A stretch of 64,000 nucleotides of DNA from Macrostomum lignano (lineage: Eukaryota): assembly GCA_002269645.1 (NCBI GenBank), contig NIVC01002488.1:1-64000 (forward strand), given 5' to 3'. The position numbers and the translations under genes were made by a program. The notes beneath the pieces were generated by a model that worked only from the letters and a program-made list of their open reading frames with translations, had not been told where the DNA came from and made no database searches. Position 1 is the stretch's first letter. Each line of letters opens with the position of its first letter. Shown one piece after another: positions 22,406 through 32,789 of this stretch.

Positions 22406-23904
22406 CAGGGATCGGTAGATTTTTAACTCAAAGGCCAGATAAAGAATCCAGCTCATGGCTGCGGGCCAGATGAGAGTAAAAAAGAAAAGGAATAGACTAT
22501 TAGAAAGAGAGGAAGGGTTAGAGGGGGTAAGAGAAAAGATATAAGATAACAGGAAAGACGAGTGGGGTGAGGACGAGGAGAGAGCAGAGAATATGGGAGG
22601 AGGAAGCGAGAGGAGGGGAGACAGGAGGGAGAGGAAAGAGTAGAGGTGAGAAGAGGAAGAGAGAAGAGGGGAGAGATGAGACAGAGGATCGATGAGAGAG
22701 GAGAGTAGAGAAGAGTGAGAAGAGAATAGAGAACAGAGAGGAGATAGGAGGGGAGAGAGAGGGAGAGAGGAGTGAGAAGAGAGGAGATAAGAGATGAGAG
22801 AGAGAGAGAGTTGAGAAAGAAGAGAGGAGAAAGGAGAGATGATAGAGTAAAGGGAAGAAGAGGAGAGAGGAAAGAGATGAGATTGTGGAGACGAGAGAGT
22901 AGAGATGAGAGATGAAGGAAGAGAGAGCAGAGTGCAAAGAGACAAGAGAAGAGTATAGAAGAGGGAAGAGAAGAGGAGTAAGAAGAGAGGATTCAGTAGA
23001 GGGGAAAGAGAAGAGTACACAGGAGAGTGGAGAGTAAAGATGACAGAAGAGAGAGGGGGTAGAGAGCAAAGATGAGAGTGAACGCGATATATGAGAGGAG
23101 AGAGGAGAGCGAAGAGAGAAGAGAGAAGACAAGAGAGGGAGAGAATAGAAGAGGGAAGAGAAGAGAAGGGAAAAAGGAGAAGGAAAGAGAGGAGTCAAAA
23201 GAGGGGAAAAAGAAGAGTACAGATGAGAGAGGTGAGAAAACATACGAGTATAAGAGAGTAAAGATGGCAGATGAGAGAGGGGAGATGAGAGACCAGAGAC
23301 GAGAGTGAACAGACGAGAGATGGGAGAGTGGAGAGAAAAAAGGATAGAAATAAGAGATGAGAGGTAAGACAAAGGGAGAGAGAAGTGAGTGAGGAGAGAG
23401 GAGGGGAGGGGAGAGAAACGAGAGGACAGGGGAAAGAGTAGAAAGGACGAGAGAGGAGATGAAACAGGGGAGAGATTAGAGGAGAAAGAGATATGGGACA
23501 GGAGAGAGCAGAGAGATAAGAGGAGAGAGAGAGGAGAGAGAGAGGGAAAGAGAGAGGAGAGAACATGCAGAAAGAATGAGAAAAGAGAAGAGAGAAAAGA
23601 TAAAAGAAGAGAAAGAAGAGATAGATAAGAGAGCAAAGACGAGAGAGAAGAGAGGTGAGGGAAGAGACGATAGAAGAGAGGAGAGAGGAGAGAGGAAAGA
23701 AGAGAAGAGATGAGAGGAGAGAGAGGAGAGAGTAGAGAGGAGGGATAAAAGAATAGAAGGGAGAGAGAATAGACGAGAGAATAGGGGATAGAGGAGAGAG
23801 AGAGAAGAGACAGAGACGAGAGAGAGGAGAGGAAACAGAAGAGAAGGTCAAAGTTTCTAAGGATCCAAGGGACATAAGGAGAGGCAGAGGCCAGAGTTTG
23901 CCTG
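22406..23904. mobile_element. Possible hAT-Charlie-like MITE whose interior has expanded into a ~1.35-kb GA-rich tract (22500-23850)
   Basis: The left end cagggatcggtagattttt...aaggccagat...gcgggccag and the right end gaggccagagtttgcctg resemble Charlie/MER58-type ends (from recall). The right TIR is incomplete and no TSD was found. The GA tract itself is certain. Confidence 0.4.
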
Positions 23905-24639
23905 TTCGGAGCACCCCAGCCAACAATATAAATGTTTGCCTCAAATCCTAATTTTTTACGAATGTACTCTATTTTATGTTTAATTCTTACCTAACTATTA
24001 ACGAGTTTTTGTTTGAGTTTGACCTCAGATTTTAGAATATGAGTACATGCAAAATAGTTCCAGGGATTGAAATTCCCCGGGTTCAAAATCCGCGGGTTTC
24101 AACAGCTTGTGCCCAATATAAAAAGACACAATTTCAAATGTAAAAGGGCCGCCATGTCAAACATAGAAGAGCCACCATGTCAAACATAGAAGAGCCACCA
24201 TGTCAAACAACTAAGCCACCATGTCAAACATAACAGAGACACCATTTCAAACGTAAAAGGGCCGCCATGGCAAACATAGAAGAGCCACCATGTCAAACAT
24301 TAAAGAGCTACCATGTCAAACACAAAAGGGCCACCACGTCCAACATTAAAGAGCTATCATGTCAAACACAAAAGAGCTACCATGTCAAACATTAAAAAGC
24401 CACTTTTTTAAACAAAAAAGAGACACCATTTCAAACATAAAAGAAGTGTCATGCCAAACAAAATGAAACCATTATAAAGCTAAGGAAATTGTTGCACTAG
24501 CTACTTGTTCTCTGGTGGATGCTTGCTATTTAAGGATGGATACTTGCTATCAGGGGGATGCTTGCTCTTGGGGTGGAGAGTACTTGCTATCTGAGAGGGG
24601 GTTGCTAGATATCTATAAGGTATCTTTGTATCCAGGTTA

Positions 24640-25285
24640 TGCTTGCTATCAGGGGTTGCTTGCTGTCTGGGGGATGCTTGCTATCTGGGGGGGGGATGCT
24701 TGCTATCTAGGGGATGCTTGCTATCTGCGGGATGCTTGCTATCTGGGGGATGCTTGCTATCTGCGGGATGCTTGCTATCTGGGGGACGCTTGCTATCTGG
24801 GGTCTGGGGGAATGCTTGCTATCTGGGGATGCTTGCGATCTGGGGGATGCTTGCTATCTGCGGGATGCTTGCTATCTGGGGGATGCTTGCTATCTGCGGG
24901 ATGCTTGCTATCTGGGGGATGCTTGCTATCTGGGGTCTGGGGGAATGCTTGCTATCGGGGGATGCTTGCAGTCTGGGGATGCTTGCTATCTGGGGATGCT
25001 TGCCATCTGGGGGACGCTTGCTATCTGGGGTCTGGGGGAATGCTTGCTATCTGGGGATGCTTGCGATCTGGGGGATGCTTGCTATCTGAGGAATGCTTGC
25101 TATCTGGGGGATGCTTGCTATCTGCGGGATGCTTGCTATCTGGGGGATGCTTGCTATCTGGGGTCTGGGGGAATGCTTGCTATCGGGGGGATGCTTGCAG
25201 TCTGGGGGATGCTTGCTATCTGGGGATGCTTGCTATCTGGGGGATGCTTGCAGTCTGGGGGATGCTTGCTATTTGGGGATCAATG
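24640..25285. repeat. 17-18-bp minisatellite (gggatgcttgctatctg)n in the 3' module of Helitron A
   Basis: Read directly; preceded by gcactagctacttg at 24494. The homologous module is at 30492-30870. Confidence 0.93.
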
Positions 25286-26001
25286 CTTGAATGTTGTCTG
25301 AGGATGCTTGCTGTCTTGGGATGTTTTGTTTTTAAGAGGGAATGTCTGTTGTTTTTTCTGAAGGCTTTATTTCGCTGTCTATTTGTTATTTGTAAAAAAC
25401 AAGGATTCTATCCAGATGCCCCCCATCGGGGGGCAAAGATTGCTAGTCCAATATACTAAAAATGGTCTGTCGGTATGTGTGTGTGTGTATGTGTGTGTGT
25501 GTGATCGATTTTAGCAAAAACGGCTCAACCGATTTTCTTCGAACTTGCACTGTTCGATCAGAAATTTTCCCGTGACAGTACATGCATCGTGGCTAAGAAA
25601 TTGCTTGATGCTAAAGGGATTAAATATTCGAAAAACATGCTTTTTTGCAAAGGTCAAGCAGCTCTTTCGACTTGAAATGCATCGTAAGAATGCTAGCAGA
25701 AAAACTGACTGGTTGAATTCTGATTCTGAAATAGATTGCATCACAATACACTTTATTTATCGTCTGTGTACTGGCTGAATTTGACACTCAATTGAATTGC
25801 GTCACAGCTTTGAGTGTGAAAGCATAGCGCAGTACTGAATTTATATTACGTAACCATATTGTAAACTTTCATAGACACTGGTACTGACTTGCCTAAGAAA
25901 TTAATTATGTCATAACTGCTTCGTGTGACTTTTTACTCTACCTGACTTGGTGTGAGTGTTGAATTATATAAGTGGTACAACATCACTGATAATTTCGATG
26001 A

Positions 26002-26092
26002 GAGCTAGCCTAGAGCTGAACAGACCAGACTGCTAATGCAGCGACCTAGGTTCGAATCTAAGTAGTTTAAAAGTAGTAGTGTAAAATTTTTT
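26002..26092 (+). ncRNA. tRNA-like Pol III cassette inside Helitron B
   Basis: tagcctagagctg A-box-like, ctGCTaa loop, ggttcgaatc B-box (26049-26058) and a downstream T6 run; homologous to 18728-18808. Confidence 0.5.
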
Positions 26093-26129
26093 ATTAAAAG
26101 GTTTTATTAAAGGACTAAATAAAAACACT

Positions 26130-29100
26130 TAGATTACTGCACTCGATAAGCCAAGGATTATTGCTATTAATAAACCAAGGATTACTGCTTGACTTACTTG
26201 ACTTAGCTGCAGGGTGGTCCGTAGACACAGCGGGGAAGCGAGGGTCGCCCATTCCGCTAGCCCCTGAAGGCCCGCAGACAGGCAGAGGCGTGGGGCCGGT
26301 CAGGGTGGTCCGCCGGTCCGTCCTGCAGCGTGATCTTCCGTTGGGAAGAAACTGGCTCGTCTAGTCGCCCGAAGGAACTGGATGAGCCGTGGGATGCTGT
26401 CGGGCTGGCAGACCTCGTCAATGGACGGGTTCGGCCCGAGGTAGCGTAGCCGGTCTCTGTTAAAGAAAGGGCAGTGACAGACAAAGTGCTGAGCATCTTC
26501 ATTGTCGCACTCGCAGAAGGGGCAAATTTCGCTCTCGAGGTCGCCTCGGAGGAAGCAGTGCCTGGCGAGGTAGCCATGGCCGGTAAGGGTCATGACAAGG
26601 GCTCGAATATCCTTCCGATTCTGGTTCAGAAGGATGTTTCTGAGCCTGTGAGACGGGCAAGGAACCGCGGCACGAGATTGCCGGCAGTTTTGGGTGCCCG
26701 CCCATCTGTCCCTGTGGAGGGAGTCAGCCCAGTCGTCGATCTGACGATTGATGACTGTCAAGGGCATAGGGACCAGGGGGGCAGGGCCGAAGAAAGAGCC
26801 AGAGCCGCCCCTCTTGGCGAGGGTGTCTGCCAGCTCGTTCCCCGGAAACCCTGCGTGCCCTGGGATCCACTTCAGCCTGACAGTATTGCTTCTGGCCAGG
26901 AGGTTGAGCTGCCGGGCGCAGTCGGCGACTGTCCGGGAGTTCGTTGTGGTGTGGCAAAGGGCCTGTAAGGCCGCTTGGCTGTCGGAGTGGATGACAATAG
27001 TCTTTCCTCTCGTAACCTTGACGTTCAGCTCTGCAGCGCAAGAGCTGATGGCAAGGACTTCGTTCTGGAAGACTGTGGAGAGTCTACCAGTGTGCTGGGC
27101 ATGCGTGGCAATTACGCGGCCGTTGATGATGATGCAGACCCCAAAGCCGGCGCGACCGTCTTTGATGGATCCGTCCGTGTAGCAATGGACCTCCTGGAAA
27201 TTCCAGTGGTCATTGGCAGCATCCCTAGAGGGGATGGTGACCTTGTAGCGCTGAAAGAGGTTGAGAGTGCGGGGTTCGCCGTCAGACAGGACGTGGAGCC
27301 CGCCGCTGTCTCTCAAGTCCTTGAGGCAGAGGTCAGCGTGGGGCAGAAGCTTGCGCTTAGCCATGGCCCTATGGGGCTGGATTCGAATGCCAGCGTCAGC
27401 TAGACGGCGGGCAGTCTTAGCCGCTTCCCTGCGGACAAAGATGTCCAGCGGAGGAATGTTGAGGAAGGCGTTGAGGCCATCGTAAGGAGCAGACGGAGGG
27501 GCGCTCATGATCGTGCGACAAGCGCGCCCTTGCGCTCTCCTGAGAGCCTCTAGACAGGTCTTTATCTGCAGGGCGCTAGCCCAGATCAAGCCGCCATACG
27601 AGATAGCGGGCCTAACCATTGCAGTGTAGATCCACCAGAGGCGCTTGGGGGTGAGCCCCCAGGTGGTGCCGACAGCCCTGCGCAATTGCGCGAGGACTGC
27701 GAAGGCCTTTTTGGCTTTTGTTTGAACGTGGGGTGACCAGTTCAGCCTGTGATCCAGGGTAATACCCAGACATTTAGTCTGCTTGCAGAAGGGGATTTCC
27801 CTTCCGTAAAGCGTGAGCGGCCGAATCTGCCACTTGGTCCTGCTGGTGAACATGATCGCTGCGGTCTTAGTCTCAGAGAGCCTTAAACCACAGCGGTCCG
27901 CCCATTGCTCAGCGGCGTAGATAAAGTTCTGAAGAAGGTCCCTGAGGGTATCAGGGGACGGACCAGATGCCACCGCGGTGACATCGTCCGCATATCCAAC
28001 TTTCAGAATGGGGTCAGGCCGAACATCCCGGAGGAGCTCATCGATGACCATATTCCAGAGAACTGGAGACAGCACCCCACCTTGCGGGCTACCTTTGCAG
28101 ACGGGGACCGTCCTCTGGTAGCCCAGCAGACTGGCGGTGGCCGTGCGATGGCTGATCATGTACATGATCCATCTGGTGAGATGTGAGTGCGTTTGCCTCT
28201 CACAAAGAGCTCTTCGGAACGCCTCAAAGAGGACGTTATCGAAGGCGCCAATGATGTCCAGGAAGATCCCCAGAGCAAAGCCATTACCAAGCACGGCCTT
28301 CTCGAGTTTATCGACCAGGACGTGCAGCGCGCTTTCAGTGGAGCGACCCGCCCGAAAAGCGTGCTGGTTCTCGCTGAGAGGTTTGTTCTTCAGCTCAACA
28401 GAGAGAAGGCGCCAAAGCACCAGTCTCTCCATCAGCTTGACCAGGGAGGAGGTCAAGCTGATCGGTCTGAAGGATTTGATAGAATGGTAGTCCGGGCGGC
28501 CTGGCTTAGGGATAAAGATCACCTTTGCCTCGGTCCATGCCTGTGGGACATAACCAAGCGTGATGCATGCCCGAAGAAGGCTGCAAAGTTTGCGCAGGAA
28601 GCCTGGGCATTTAACCGCCTCTCTTAGGAGGGCCGGTACAATGCCGTCGGGTCCTGGGGCTTTGAAAGGCTTGAAGGAATTTGCTTGAAGGGATTACTGC
28701 ACTTGGAAAACCAAGGATTACTGCACTCGATAAACCAAGGACTATTGCTCTTGGCAAACCAAGGATTACTGCACTCAGGAAGCCAAGGATTATTGCACTT
28801 GGAAAACCAAGGATTACTGCACTCGATAAACCAAGGACTATTGCTCTTGGCAAACCAAGGATTACTGCACTCAAGAAGCCAAGGATTATTGCTATTAATA
28901 AACCAAGGATTATTGCACTTGGAAAACCAAGGATTACTGCACTCGATAAACCAAGGACTATTGCTCTTGGCAAACCAAGGATTACTGCACTCAAGAAGCC
29001 AAGGATTATTGCACTTGGAAAACCAAGGATTACTGCACTCGATAAACCAAGGACTATTGCACTTGATAAACCAAGGAATATTGCACTTGATAGGCCAAGG

Positions 29101-30370
29101 ATTACAGCACTTGATAAACCAAGGATTATTGCACTTGATAGGCCAAAGATTACTGCGCTTGATAAACCAAGGATTATTGCACTTGATAAACCAAGGATTA
29201 TTGCACTTGATAAACAAAGGATTATTGCACTTGATAGGCCAAAGATTACTGCGCTTGATAAACCAAGGATTATTGCACTTGATAAACCAAGGATTATTGC
29301 ACTTGATAAGCCAAGGATTATTGCACTTGATAAACCAAGGATTATTGCAGTTGATAAGCCAAGGATTATTGCATCTGATAAACCAAGGATTATTGCACTT
29401 GATAAACCAAGGATTATTGCACTTGATAAACCAAGGATTATTGCACTTGATAAACCAAGGATTATTGCTCTTGGCAAACCAAGGATTACTGCACTCGATA
29501 AGCCAAGGATTATTGCTCTTAATAAACCAAGGATTACTGCACTTGGAAAACTAAGGATTACTGCACTCGATAAACTAAGGATTATTGCTCTTGGCAAACC
29601 AAGGATTATTGCACTTGATAGGCCAAGGATTACTGCACTTGATAAACCAAGGATTATTGCACTTGATAAACCAAGGATTATTGCACTTGATAAGCCAAGG
29701 ATTATTGCACTTGATAGGCCAAGGATTACTGCGCTTGATAAACCAAGGATTATTGCACTTGATAAACCAAGGATTATTGCAGTTGATAAGCCAAGGATTA
29801 TTGCACTTGATAAACCAAGGATTATTACACTTGATAAACCAAGGATTATTGCACTTGATAAACCAAGGATTATTGCACTTGATAGGCCAAGGATTACTGC
29901 ACTTGATAAACCAAGGATTATTGCACTTGATAGGCCAAAGATTACTGCGCTTGATAAACCAAGGATTATTGCAGTTGATAAGCCAAGGATTATTGCACTT
30001 GATAAACCAAGGATTATTTCACTTGATAAACCAAGGATTATTGCACTTGATAAACAAATATTGCACTTGATAAACCAAGGATTATTGCACCTGATAAGCC
30101 AAGGATTACTGCGCTAGATAAACCAAGGATTATTGCACTTAATAAACCAAGGATTATTGCACTTAATAAACCAAGGATTATTGCACTTGATAAACCAAGG
30201 ATTATTGCACTTGATAAACAAAGGATTATTGCACTTGATAAACCAAGGATTATTGCACTTTATAAGCCAAAGATTACTGCACTTGATAAACCAAGGATTA
30301 TTGCACTTGATAAACCAAGGATTATTGCACTTGATTAATCAAGGATTATTGCTATTAATAAACCAAGCAT
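26130..30370. repeat. 24-bp minisatellite (cttgataaaccaaggattattgca)n, cargo of Helitron B, interrupted by a LINE at 26189-28690
   Basis: Read directly; about 70 units at 28691-30370 plus 2-3 units at 26130-26188. Confidence 0.95.
26189..28690 (-). mobile_element. 5'-truncated non-LTR retrotransposon (LOA/R1/Tad1-group-like): RT + RNase H + CCHC-type motif
   Basis: An uninterrupted frame of ~795 codons from FKPFKAPGPDGI through SFRPISL, QHAFRAGRST, GSPQGGVLSP and YADD, then RNase H (YTDGS, TVFQNE, SDSQAA, WIPGHAGFPGNELAD) and CPFC...HFVCHC. Stop at 26300, short aagtca-type tail, 10-bp flanking duplication ggattactgc (26179-26188, 28691-28700). Confidence 0.93.
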
Positions 30371-30491
30371 TATTGCACTAGCTGAGAAGCTGATTACTGC
30401 GCTGTCTAAAAAAGAGATTATTGCGCTCGCTGAGACGTGGATTGTTGCACAACCTGAGAAAGCGATTATTGCATTAGCGGAAGTAACATTT

Positions 30492-30870
30492 GCACTAGCT
30501 ACTTGCTGTCTCGTGGATGCTTGCTCTCGAGGGGGGATACTTGCTATTTGGGAGAGGGGGTACTGGCTACATGCATGGGATTCTTTCTATCCAGGGATGC
30601 TTGCTATTCAGGGATTCTTGCTATCTGCAGGATGCTTGCTATTTAGGGATTCTTGCTATCTGCAGGATGCTTGCTATTTAGGGATTCTTGCTATCTGCAG
30701 GATGCTTGCTATCTGGGTGGATGCTTGCTATCTGGGTGGATGCTTCTATAATATCTGGGGGGTGCTTGCTAATCTGCAGATGCTTGCTATCTGTGGTGAT
30801 TCTTGCTATGAGCATTAGAGGATGCTTGCTATCTGCGATTGTTCACTTTTGGAGGGGGTTGCTTGCTGTC
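30492..30870. repeat. 3' module of Helitron B: gcactagctacttg followed by degenerate (gggatgcttgctatct)n
   Basis: Homologous to 24494-25285. Confidence 0.85.
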
Positions 30871-31219
30871 TTGGGAATATTTTCTATTTAGGGAAACGAT
30901 ATTTTGTTGACTGTTTGTTAATTTTAGAGAAAATGTGATTTTTTAATTTTGCAAACATCTTAGTCCGTGACAATTTTACACGAATAAGGTGATTTTTAAA
31001 ATGTGAAGAAGGAATTAGTGTTTAAGAAAATGTGTTTTGTTATTGTTTTCCATGAACTATTTTTGCTCCTTTCTTATTGGGCGCCCCGAAGGGGGGCCGC
31101 ACTAGATTGCTAGTCCTGTCTATAAGTGCGATTGAGGATAAAATTATTGGGTTTAAAATAGGCTGGAAATGTACTTTTTAAAGGAGAAGGCAGAAGAGAG
31201 AGAATTTAAGACAGCATAG

Positions 31220-32340
31220 TAATGGAGAGAAGAGAGGAAATGAGAGAAGCGAAGAGAGAGATGAGAAAAATGGGAAGAGGAGAGGAGAGGAGAGGAGAGA
31301 CAGGAAAGGGGAGAGAGGGGAGAGAGAAAAGAGGAGAGAGAATGGGGAGAGGAGAGGAGAGAGAATGGGGAGAAAAGAGGAGAGAGAATGGGGAGAAAAG
31401 AGGAGAGAGAATGGGGAGAGGAGAGGAGAGAGAATGGGGAGAAAAGAGGAGAGAGAATGGGGAGAGAAGAGGAGAGAGAATGGGGAGAGAAGAGGAGAGA
31501 GAATGGGGAGAAAAGAGGAGAGAGAATGGGGAGAAAAGAGGAGAGAGAATGGGGAGAGGAGAGGAGAGAGAATGGGGAGAGGAGAGGAGAGAGAATGGGG
31601 AGAAAAGAGGAGAGAGAATGGGGAGAGGAGAGGAGAGAGAATGGGGAGAGTAGAGGAGAGAGAATGGGGAGAGGAGAGGAGAGAGAATGGGGAGAGTAGA
31701 GGAGAGAGAATGGGGAGAGTAGAGGAGAGAGAATGGGGAGAGGAGAGGAGAGAGAATGGGGAGAGTAGAGGAGAGAGAATGGGGAGAGGAGAGGAGAGAG
31801 AATGGGGAGAGGAGAGGAGAGAGAATGGGGAGAGGAGAGGAGAGAGAATGGGGAGAGGAGAGGAGAGAGAATGGGGAGAAAAGAGGAGAGAGAATGGGGA
31901 GAAAAGAGGAGAGAGAATGGGGAGAAAAGAGGAGAGAGAATGGGGAGAGGAGAGGAGAGAGAATGGGGAGAGGAGAGGAGAGAGAATGGGGAGAGGAGAG
32001 GAGAGAGAATGGGGAGAGGAGAGGAGAGAGAATGGGGAGAAAAGAGGAGAGAGAATGGGGAGAAAAGAGGAGAGAGAATGGGGAGAAAAGAGGAGAGAGA
32101 ATGGGGAGAAAAGAGGAGAGAGAATGGGGAGAGGAGAGGAGAGAGAATGGGGAGAAAAGAGGAGAGAGAATGGGGAGAGGAGAGGAGAGAGAATGGGGAG
32201 AGGAGAGGAGAGAGAATGGGGAGAAAAGAGGAGAGAGAATGGGGAGAAAAGAGGAGAGAGAATGGGGAGAAAAGAGGAGAGAGAATGGGGAGAAAAGAGG
32301 AGAGAGAATGGGGAGAGGAGAGGAGAGAGAGAAGAGAAGA
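31220..32340. repeat. 23-bp purine-rich minisatellite (ggagagagaatggggagaggaga / ...aaaaga)n
   Basis: Read directly. Confidence 0.95.
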
Positions 32341-32789
32341 AAGATCCATTTTGAACAGACGTGGTAAAATCTACGTGTACTTTAAATATTGAAAAAAAGT
32401 TATACTCGTACTTCAGTGATTAAGCGTTAAAAAGTCTCCCATTTAAAAGAATTTAAAAGTCACCCAGACATTCTACAAAACACAAGCTGCAGATAACAGA
32501 AAGCAGAAAAAAAATTCTGGATTCAATTCGCTTCATTTAAATTGCGCCGCAAAGAGTGGCGCTTTTCCAGTTGGCATTAAATTATTAAAATCGACAAGAT
32601 CGTGCTTAGAATTAATATATCTTCTCTCACAAAAATGGCTTAGACGTGATAAAAAGACTGATGTTTTTGTCAAGAAAAAAATCTCAAGGGAATCTGCGAT
32701 TGAGTCCAATTTCTTCGTCTGCTAACATGGAAAACTTAGTACTTTCGGCGCCACTTCGAGTACAAGCGGGCGCTATTTTTCTTACTAAA

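Larger units (their letters stand above)
20310..24109 (+). mobile_element. Nested Helitron-like element C (different family) inserted in the 22-bp array
   Basis: Starts A|TCTCTACCTATAAAAATCAAAACTCTGTCTGTCTG...CCGCTCAACCAAATT and ends with an imperfect GC hairpin and CTTG|T. Removing it rejoins gagccatta|tgcccaatataaaa, which is one satellite unit. Confidence 0.68.
18253..25446 (+). mobile_element. Non-autonomous Helitron-like element A (satellite-carrying, with nested insertions)
   Basis: 5' junction A|TCATATATACTAAAAATG...TGTCTGT...GCTCAACCGATTTTCTTCAAACTT. 3' hairpin gcccccc-atc-ggggggc (25418-25434), then 8 nt and CTAG. No TIR or TSD. The first ~570 bp are clearly homologous to element B. 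Confidence 0.8.
25447..31113 (+). mobile_element. Non-autonomous Helitron-like element B, head-to-tail with element A
   Basis: Starts TCCAATATACTAAAAATGG directly after the CTAG of element A, with a (TG)n and the same conserved 5' block. Ends with hairpin gcccc-gaagg-ggggc, then gattgCTAG|T (31110-31113). Confidence 0.8.

Noticed and set aside
26257-28627. Plus-strand and alternate-frame ORFs overlapping the LINE
   Set aside because: Shadow ORFs of a GC-rich RT coding sequence with no recognisable motifs.
28611-30381. Long ORFs (478 aa LDKPRIIA repeats, LHLINQG repeats, AIILGLSS repeats)
   Set aside because: These are translations of a 24-bp satellite whose unit is a multiple of 3. They are open in several frames and on both strands, with no unique coding flanks or splice context.
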